A stretch of DNA of 64,000 nucleotides from the human T2T-CHM13v2.0 reference genome, Homo sapiens. The number at the start of each line of letters is the position of its first letter. Position 1 is the stretch's first letter. Below are positions 54,590-64,000 of the stretch, piece after piece. The stretch lies in the NCBI RefSeq assembly GCF_009914755.1, contig NC_060936.1. One strand, written 5' to 3'. Both the position numbers and the translations under genes were made by a program. The notes beneath the pieces are model-generated. The model did not search any database and was not told the origin of the DNA. It saw only the letters and a list, made by a program, of their open reading frames with translations.

Positions 54590-55185
54590 GTGTGATAGTA
54601 ATAAGCCCTGCTAGTTTCTGGGGTTCCTAGGACCACCTGCCTGTTCAGAAAGATTCATAGGGCTCTGCACATATTGTTTATACAGCTAAGTTTTATTACT
54701 GCAATACTGGTCAGGTATTCAGTCAAACCACGAGGGTTATACTGGTGGAGTCAGTAGAATCCATGTGCAGGATTCTCATAATCTCTCTCCCACAAAGGTC
54801 ACACAAAGCACACTCTTCCCCCAACAGTAAAAGTGCTGAAACATGAATACTGTGTTTCAACGAAGGGAAATCTGTTAAAGACTCAGTGCCCAGGAGTTTT
54901 ACTGTGGGCTGGTCATGTAGACACCCTCTGTCTAGCAGAGGGTATGGTTTATGTGAACACCTGCTTCTTTCTTTTGAGAAGTCCCCAAATTCCAGACTCC
55001 CCAGAGGAAAAGCAGGTGTTCACATAAACAATATCATTTGCACAAGCAGTTTAGGCACACTGGGCGCTCTTATCAGTGAACTATTGACATTGAGAGACAA
55101 GTTTCCAGATGAAAAGGGCCAACCTTGACAACAGGCCTTTCTACAGATGACAATTTCAGCCCAGCTGCTCTTTCTTTGCTGCACA
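54590..55185 (-). mobile_element. MER21-like LTR
   Basis: gactcagtgcccaggagtttt...aaattccagactccc..ggaaaagcaggtgttc...gggccaaccttg. Confidence 0.75.
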
Positions 55186-57359
55186 CCAGGTGTTGGAGGC
55201 TGTCCATGAACCAGACCCTTCACGTATGTTATATCATTAAATTTAATACATACACACACACCCCTATACACAGGAGATTTTACTATTTCAGCAAGAAACA
55301 GAACAACTTGACCAAGGTCACACCGCTAAGAGGCAGAGAGGTGAGATTAAAACCAAGAAGACTCTTATTCTTATGTCCTCGTTTTTGCTGGTCGCAAAAA
55401 CCTTCAGTGAGGCAGAGAATTTAGGCGAAGCTTCTCCCAATGTTTCTTTGTCAGCCCTGACAGAAAACTCCTCATTTCCTTGGACTCCTCCTGAATGAAA
55501 GCCCAAGGTCTCTTCCCAGCTCTGAAATCACAGGTCATGTTCACCTCCGCATATGTTCGCTGGGGAATGATAGCAACAACTATTTGATAATGTTCTTGTG
55601 AATATTCAAAGTCAGAGCACAAGACCAGTTCCCTTTCCTTCGCCTTGAGGGAGTGTAGCAAAAAGCCAGAAATCACCTAAATTACCTTCTTCTTTGTTCT
55701 AGGGCTGAAGGAGGAAGGCAGGAGCCAGACAGGCTGAGGTTCCCAAGCTGGGGACCCTCCCGTTCTCTTACCCAGTGTCTAAGCTGCAGCCACTCTCATC
55801 TAGAAGACGAAATTCAAATACAGTGTTTCTAACTGAAGACTCACTTCCTAATGCCTGATCTCATTAGCAGTCGGGTTTAAAAGATCCAGCTCAACATAGC
55901 CTTGTTAATATTCTTACTCACCTACTTTGGTTTTAATAACATGTGTTCTTGTAACTTTCTCATGTAATGTTTATTTTTTATTGCATGTTTAAATGATATT
56001 TTGATTTTATTTAGTTAGAATAAAAATGGCAGATACTAGGTCATTATTTCTGTTCAAGTTTCTCATTCAGTAAGATCTTAAATTGTTCTGATATTTTGCA
56101 TCCACAACAGAAATAAACAAAATGTGACCAACAAAATATAGATTACATCAAGTATTTATGGCCCATAAAAACTGCATCCCATCTAAAAACCTTTCCAGGT
56201 AATTATAAGTATGCGAAAATAATGTAACTGTGAGGCATTGGAGATGGAATCCATAGTAATCTCTTTAGAACAGTCATAAAAACATTAATTTATGATTAAG
56301 TATGCACAATACTCTGTGTGGCCTGGAGCTGAGGAAGTCAAATTCAATCTGAAAAACCCCTTATAAAGAACAGAATTATTTGAGAAGCAAGAGATTGGGG
56401 TAGGTCAGTGAATTAAGAAAATAAATGCATTTTGAAAACTTAAGTCTAAACTAGCTATAGGGAGAGATGGTGGTGGGGTACCCCTTCCAGCTCAATGATT
56501 CTGAGACTAAGGGATTTGTCATTCCAGTTTATGCACACACATTTGATATTAGTGTCTCCTGCTCAGTGGAGAGGCCCACAATTTAATCAAAATTTTTAGG
56601 CAAAGCTAGTGAGAAACCACTGAATAATATTCTTCAGCTGTTAAAACAGATAATAAACATTTCCCTAAAATGATACATTCTTTATTTCAGTGTTCCTAGC
56701 ACAAATACTGGCAAAACTGCTGTGCAAAAGATGAGTTTAATTTCCTTATTTCGGGTATCTATTGATGATCTCTTACTGAGTCAGTAAACATATTTCCCTA
56801 GTCTACAGAAAATAAATATGGGGGCTTGTTGTAATTTGGTTCATATGTCATGATTCCAAAACTGTTATCGAAGCTAGAAATCACAAGGCAAAATATGCTG
56901 CATTTTTAAAGATATTAACCAAGTCTATATTTATGAATAATTCATGGCTTGCCAGTGAAGTGGCAGGTTTTGCATACTTTGGCATTAAAAATTCGTCATC
57001 TTGCTTCGGTCTACTGGTGTTCTTCAAAGTAGAATATTATCTGAGGAAGGGTTAGAGAGGACATTTAATTAATTTTATTTTGAGATTTAGTGCATTATAA
57101 GAATTGCTTAATATAGAACAAAAGTCATCAGCTCAAGGGAAACGAATTTAGTTCATTCACTCCTGGAACTGCTTCCAATATACACAAGACATCCCACATG
57201 CACGTTGTCCTAGGGAGGTGGATTTGTGTCCACAGTCATGCTCAACCAAATATTTTATTTTGGCGGTTTCATTGGTTTCCAAATATGTGTTTTTCTCATT
57301 GTATTGAAATGCTAGTTTCGTTGTTTTGAATTGCATTGCTTGGTAAAGTTCAGTCTCAT

Positions 57360-57660
57360 TTTTTTTTTTTTTTTTTTTTGAGACAGAGTCTCGCCCTGTC
57401 ACCCAGGCTGGAGTGCAGTGAAGCGATCACGGTTCCCTGCAACTTCTGCCTCCCAGGTTCAAGCAATTCTTCTGCCTCAGCCTCCCAAGTAGACAGGACC
57501 ACAGGCATGTGCCACCATGCCAGGCTAATTTTTGTAGTTTTTAGTAGAGACAGCGTTTCACCATGTTGGCCAGGCTGGTCTTGAACTCATCACCTTGTGA
57601 TCCACCCACCTCGGCCTCCCAAAGTGCTGGGATTACAGGCGTGAGCCACCGCGCCCAGCC
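57360..57660 (-). mobile_element. AluS
   Basis: Full two-arm Alu; TSD cagtctcat. Confidence 0.93.
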
Positions 57661-59489
57661 CAGTCTCATATCTTAACCTTATTCGAAGTCAGAAAGGATG
57701 AACTGTGAACCATGGCTAATTTCATAAGTACTGTGAGTTCTATGCTAATCATGGCATAAAAGGTTTTCAGTAATTAATATTAGTTTCTATTTCTAAGGAC
57801 AATCTCCTGTACCTGATCATTGTGTGCTTGAGCCATTGACAGACAGGGAATCGAGTCTTCAGAGCTCTGTTTCTGCATTAATCCTTCCTTCCCCACACAA
57901 TAGTTGACCCTTTGAAGCAGCCAGCTTCAACCTTCTGTGCAGAGTCAGTCACGTGAATATTAAGCAAGACTCTAGGTCAAAAAGTTTCCTCCAACACTGC
58001 GTGACACACTCAGTACATTCCCAAAAGACTCCTATAGCAAAGTCAAGACTGCCAAGCCCATACACCTTAGCAGCCCAATTTAAGACATTTGGAAAAATAC
58101 CCAGTATCACATTTAATGCCTTCTCTCTTGAGCAAAAAGTACCAGACATTCTATATGCTTTTTTCCATCATCTAACAGACTCAGCAGAATGTCAAGAATA
58201 GAGAACTCAGTAATTGAAGGAAAAAAGGAGCCAACAGTTCTCCTGCATATGTAGTTTTCGGAAGGTTCAAGCAACACAATCCTAAGCATTAGTAACAGGA
58301 ACTCTTTAAAAGTTTGTACAATAGATAAAATTGATGATGCCATTTCTTTTGTAAGTTAAACATGTCTTTTGATTAGGACATACAAATTCCCATTGTAAAG
58401 GAGCTGTTTTGTCATTTAAATTTAAAATTTTCATTACAACTAAAGAAGGAAATATAAGTACCCAAACCCCTGTATCCCCGAAATAAACAGTATTAACTTC
58501 CAGTAGTTTTTCTATATGTATATTTTAAAGAAGATACTATTAAGATAATTTGTATTGCTTTTCCACTTAGTATTATGTCTTAAGAATTTGTGGGACCATT
58601 AAAATCTTTGAAAACAGGATTTTTGTTTTCCAAGTTTTAATATAAGTAATACATAATCATTGTAAAGGAAGAGATATGGAAATATACCGGTAAGTTATAA
58701 GAGCATCTATATCTAATCTCCCAGGCCCAGCACTGTTCATTAATCCTGATGGCTTCCCATTTGCACATATGTATAAGTGGCAAGCAATATTATTGTGATA
58801 TTAACTCAAGTGTTAGTAGCACAGACAGGATGTGCAGCAGGATCAATCAAGGTCCACCCACAGCACTATCCTGCAAAGGTTCCAACATCCCATCCAGCCC
58901 AGGAGCAATAAAGAGAGCATAGACCGTGCTCACTGCTACAGATGAGCAGAGGCTTCTATACCTGTGGAGCCTCACCTGCATAAAATCCAGAGCTCTGGAC
59001 AATGCTGCAGGGATGGGGCAGAGAGCTTCATTCTCAAAACCACAAAGGCATATTTTTTTCCAAAACCAATTTTAGTAACGAAAGTTATTGTAGTATTGGT
59101 AAACCTCTAAGATTTTTGACCAACCTCTGCCTTTGATCCCAACTAGAATAAATGTATCACATAATAAATCTTGGACCATTTTTTTGCCCTTCCAAGCACT
59201 GATCTAAGCACTCTGTTAATGTTTACTTTTATAACCCTCATGGTAACAAATCACTATCGTTAAACCAGTCTTACAATTGAGGCGACAGTAAGAAGCACAG
59301 AGAAGTTAAGTAACTTATCCAGGTTTACACAGCTTGTGAGCAGGAAGTCAGAACTTCGGTCTGGACTGTAGAATCCTGGGAGCCAATGGTTTTTGGTGCC
59401 ACAGAGCTGCAGCAGCCTCATGCAGGTGGGAGGGGTGAAGGGAGGCTGGGGATTGAATGGCTTCTGGGGAGTCAGCGTCCCCTCTTCTT

Positions 59490-59830
59490 CCTCATAAGCT
59501 GATATTCTCTGTGTATCACCACCAGTTTTATCAGTACCAATATGCTTTTCACTATATGTAGTTAATTCATGTTAGTTTCTATCTCTAAGAGCAATCTCTT
59601 GTACCTGATCACTGTATGCTTGAGCCATTGGCAGACAGACAGTGAATCAAATCTTCAGAGCCCTGTTCCTGCATTAATCCTTCCTTCTCTGCACAATAGG
59701 CAACCCTCATAAGCTGATAATTCTCTGTCCATCACCACCAATTTTAGCAATACCAACATGCTTTTTGCCATATGTAGTCAATTAATATTAGCTTTTATCT
59801 CTAAGGACAATCTCTTATACCTGCTCATTG
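59490..59830. repeat. 215-bp tandem duplication (1.6 copies), with a dispersed copy at 57769-57911
   Basis: cctcataagctgata at 59490 and 59705; shared gcattaatccttcctt block at ~57875 and ~59671. Confidence 0.9.
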
Positions 59831-60134
59831 ATTTATTTTATAAATAAATAAAATATTTATAATTTGTAATGTTTATATTGTTTTATAAATATTAATTTTA
59901 TAAATCTTTATTTTTCCTTTTTGCCTATATTATGATAAACAAAGCATAAAACTGTTGTACTTTGTGGGCAATGCCCAGTCACGTTTTCTGTTTTTTCCCT
60001 TAATATTTACAGTTCCTAGAACATCATCTGGATGCATACGATCCTTGCAGAACAGTTAACACAATACAAAGCCTCTATCCTCATGAACCAGTTACCAACG
60101 ATTCTGTTCGAGTAATGGAAACTCATGCTGTAGA

Positions 60135-60310
60135 ACAGCAGTTCTCAGTGCTTACTGCACAAGAGAATCACCTGAGGATGGCTTACCTGCCCTTTCGTGA
60201 TGCCCAAGACCCATCTACAGAAGTTCGGATTGGGGCAGCCTGGACTGGGGGCCTGGGAGTTTTAAAAGTCTCCGGGTGATTTAAACGTGTGCCCAAGACT
60301 GATAATCATC
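60135..60310. mobile_element. MER5-family MITE
   Basis: cagcagttctcag...agaatcacctg...ttttaaaagtctccgggtgattt. Confidence 0.65.
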
Positions 60311-60505
60311 TTCGAAAGAGAAAGTTCTATGGATTCAGATGGCTTCAAGGAAAAAAATGATTGTTCCTTGATTTCTTATTAGAAGAATTATCATGGATGA
60401 ATAAGGGTTGTCCACACCCCTCTGAAGAAAGAAACCCGAAACCCGAACTGGAGTTTTCTTTCCTGAAGGGAAAAGCTTGTCTTTGACAGCAAAGTAAATT
60501 ATTAG

Positions 60506-60847
<342 letters not shown>

Positions 60848-61614
60848 TAGACTCTTGATTCTAAGTGGCTGGTATTTCCCAGAGAGAGGAGGGTTGCAAT
60901 TATGGAGAGTGGGCAGATTGAGGTGGAGTAACTAAGGGGATTGGCCCAGATGATGTGAAAGATGGGTTGTGGATTTCCCCCGTGTGGACCCAGCATCCTG
61001 AGCACCCTAGAACATCAAGCGGGTGGAGCTCCGAGCCTGCGCAGGCAGCTGGGCATCTGTTTCCTCTGCAGAGGCTCTTCATCTCCAGCTCAGCTTGAAG
61101 GAAGGGAGCTGGCTCTCTCTGAGCAGAAACTATGGATGTCAAACAGGAGACCCCAGGAGCAGTAGCCCGGGTGAACTCAGGACCAGGGGTTTCTTCAATT
61201 CTTCCAGCTTGCACAAGTCTCTACGTTCCTGACAATCACAGACAGTGAGGGAAGATCTCCCTCAAAGTTACTCAACTGCATTTTCTACCATCCCTGATGG
61301 GTGGAGGCTTAGCCAGACTGAAGCCTATTTAAGAATACAAAGGGATGTGCTATCTATTTTACCTTGAGAGCATGTTGCACTCATGACCTTTACTTATGCT
61401 ATGATGGATTTGAGGATGTGGGAGTGCTCAAGCTCCACTACTCCACAGAGGATGGAAAAGAAGGAGGAAGGAGTAAATTGTTCAAAGGAAATGCATGATA
61501 GACAGAGATAAAGATGTGTAATGTCTTGATTTCGAAATTCTTTAAACACTGGGATATAGGAGACAGTCTGGCCTCCCGAGAGCTTTTAAAACACCACTGA
61601 TGATGATCACTCTA

Positions 61615-61970
61615 TGCTATGGTCTGAATGCGTGCGCCTCACCAAAATTCATATGTCCAAGCCTGTCTTGAAGGTGATGCTGTTAGGAGATGAGGCCATT
61701 GGAAGGTGATTAGGCCATGAATGTAGAGCCTCACAATGGAATGAGTGCCTTTAAAGGGGGCTGGAAAGACCAGAACCTTTCCCTTCCACCATGCGAGGAC
61801 ACAGGGAGAAGGCTATCTTTGTGAATGAGGTAGTGAGACCTCACCAGGTGTGGAATCCATCAGCTTTCTATCTTAAATACTCAGCCTCCAGAGCTGTGAG
61901 AAGTAAATTCATGCTTTTTAAACTACTGAGTTTATGGCATCTTGTGATAGCATCCCAAACAGACTAAGAT
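61615..61970 (+). mobile_element. MLT1A-like LTR
   Basis: tgctatggtctgaatg...cagcctccagagctgtgagaagtaaatt...cagactaaga. Confidence 0.85.
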
Positions 61971-63570
61971 CTCATGAAGAGAATCATGTAAGTCATTCGA
62001 GCCTTTTATGGTTATGTTTTGATGGAGATGAAAATAGAAATCTATGAATTCCTGTCAAAAGTAGTAAAGTGAGTGAAGAAAAATTACTTATTTTATAGAT
62101 ATTTGTCTTGATTTGTCTAAAACTTGGCAAACTACAGCAATTCTCATAGGGCTCAATCATATTGTAGCTATTTTTTGATACAATATTTTATTTTTATTGC
62201 TTATATGAAAAGTTAAAAAGAACATATACAAATATTAAAAAGTAGTAATTTTCACCAGTATTTGTATTCTGAGTTCTATTCCATCTATATGTGAATGTTG
62301 GATTCCTTTGCTTACTTTTTTTAACAATCTTATAATTGTGCCTGTTTCATAAAGTTAAAATTCATGAAGCCCAGTTAAGATAGTAAGGCTTTTTGAAAGC
62401 AAGTTTGTGGAACATTCATTCCTGAATGTAAATGCTGCTATCATATATTATTTTAAATGGCATGATGCTATTATTTGTATTTCAATATTTAAGTACAATG
62501 AATTATTTCAATATTTTCCCATTATTGTGACTTATTGATTTTTTTAAAAATCAGACATATTGTAAAAAATAAATATCAGCTTCTTAGAAGAAAAGCCAAG
62601 TAATTGAATCTCCAGCTTTATTTCTAATTATCTGCAATCTGCTTTCTGTGCAAGGACCTTTTATTTGAGACTTCTATTTGCTCTTTGATATTTTCTTGGA
62701 TTTTATTTGATTTTCTATGTTTTAACTGTAATTTAAGTTCTCTCTGGGAGGGCAGTTTATAATTAAAATTATTCCTAATTGTGTGTTTTTATTTCACTGC
62801 TGCTTAATGAGAGATTATGAGACAATTTGGTGCATGCAGGGAGAGCTTAGATCGTAGAATAGTTGCCATTTGGGGAAAGATTTCTCTATTTTTAACCTGT
62901 GTAATGCAGACCAAAGCTCAAATGAACACAATATATTTACATGGACTAGGAATATGGCTGTGAACCAAGGAAAAAAATGACTGTCAGCCTTTGCCTGGAT
63001 TTCTCGTTGGCATTCAGATTTATAAATAAACTTGGAAAATTGGAGATTGTTATGCGACTTCAGTGCATGATCCTATCCATGTGCTCTGGCCAGTCAAATG
63101 CAACTAGAAGTTCTGCTGGCCCCACGGTTCTTTGACCCAGTTGGCCTTTAGGACTGTTACATACACTCTACAAAACTTGTTGTTAATTTCACTTTATTTC
63201 CTCCTCTTCAGCCCCATCCCTCATTAGCCTCATTTCTTCCTACAAGATTATCAGTAAAAGGAGAATCCCATCAGCATGAATGATATCAAGGCTTCCATAT
63301 TCAATGATTTGCCTATAAAATCCTTGTTTGTACCTGCAATGTATTCATTATACCCCTGATTTTAATTTAGTCTAATCAACACAAGAAAATTTCTGAGAGA
63401 GAGTGAGAGAGAGAAAGGACACGTTGAAAATACAGTATAGCTGTGATCATCAGAGTGCACCACTCCCCAGAGAATCCTATAGATGTAGCTCGTAGGAACT
63501 TTTGTCAAGGACAAAACATAGGAGTTACATTGTTAACTTTTCTTGTCATTAATTTTAACTCTTTCCTTAG

Positions 63571-63605
63571 GTTATACCATGGTTGTTAATAAAGTTTTGG
63601 AGATT
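63571..63605 (+). other. Candidate 35-nt exon
   Basis: Acceptor ttttaactctttccttag| and donor |gtgagt; contains Kozak accATGG; no transcript evidence available. Confidence 0.35.
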
Positions 63606-64000
63606 GTGAGTGGACCCACCTGGCAACTATGGGCAATGTAAGTTTTCCCACAGTTACTGCGACTGCCACAGTTTTCAGGGTTTCTGTGTAGCCAAAGCCC
63701 GTACACATGACCCAGGATTTTGGTTGGGATACATGCAAGAAAGGGGAAAAGGAAGGATGTGATCCTTTGCTGGGTGTTTTCATATTAGTGGCTCAAAAAA
63801 ATTATACAAGGGGATAGAGGCAAGGGCAGGATGTCACTGACCTTAGAGAAGGGACCTGAAAAGCTGGCATGACACAAAATCATTTTCAGTTGTATCGTGA
63901 AGGCCAAGGGGAAATGGGACAAGGAAAGAAAGTCTAAGGATATCTCACATGGAAGGAAGAGCAAGGTGCACATGCATAGAGATGAAAAATATGTCCCCAC

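Noticed and set aside
60950-61230. CpG-island promoter
   Set aside because: Too short and too few CpGs; kept only as part of a low-confidence transcript hypothesis.

Overview
Primate (catarrhine, most likely human) genomic DNA, repeat-dense and apparently intergenic or intronic. I found no convincing host protein-coding gene; nearly all ORF-track entries are chance ORFs or Alu/L1/ERV-derived. Main components: about 17 Alu elements (J, S and Y, many with visible target-site duplications, TSDs), a 5.6-kb two-LTR class I ERV on the minus strand (tRNA-Pro PBS, deleted gag/pol, fragmented env) inside a hAT-type DNA transposon, a near-full-length L1PA with an internal ORF2 deletion nested in an MST LTR, solo LTRs (MER4, MER50, MER21, THE1, MLT1, LTR33-like), Tigger/MER DNA transposons, MIR/L2/old L1 fragments, STRs and a 60-bp minisatellite. 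Most notable: (1) a 56-bp tandem duplication at the ERV gag start whose two copies differ by clustered G->A changes, suggesting a recombinant between an unedited and an APOBEC3-hypermutated genome; (2) a TSD-flanked Alu carrying a ~400-bp inverted copy of DNA from 3 kb upstream; (3) many local templated duplications and fold-back scars; (4) a candidate 35-nt exon near the right end. Subfamily names are from recalled consensus sequences, not database searches, and boundaries of old repeats are approximate.
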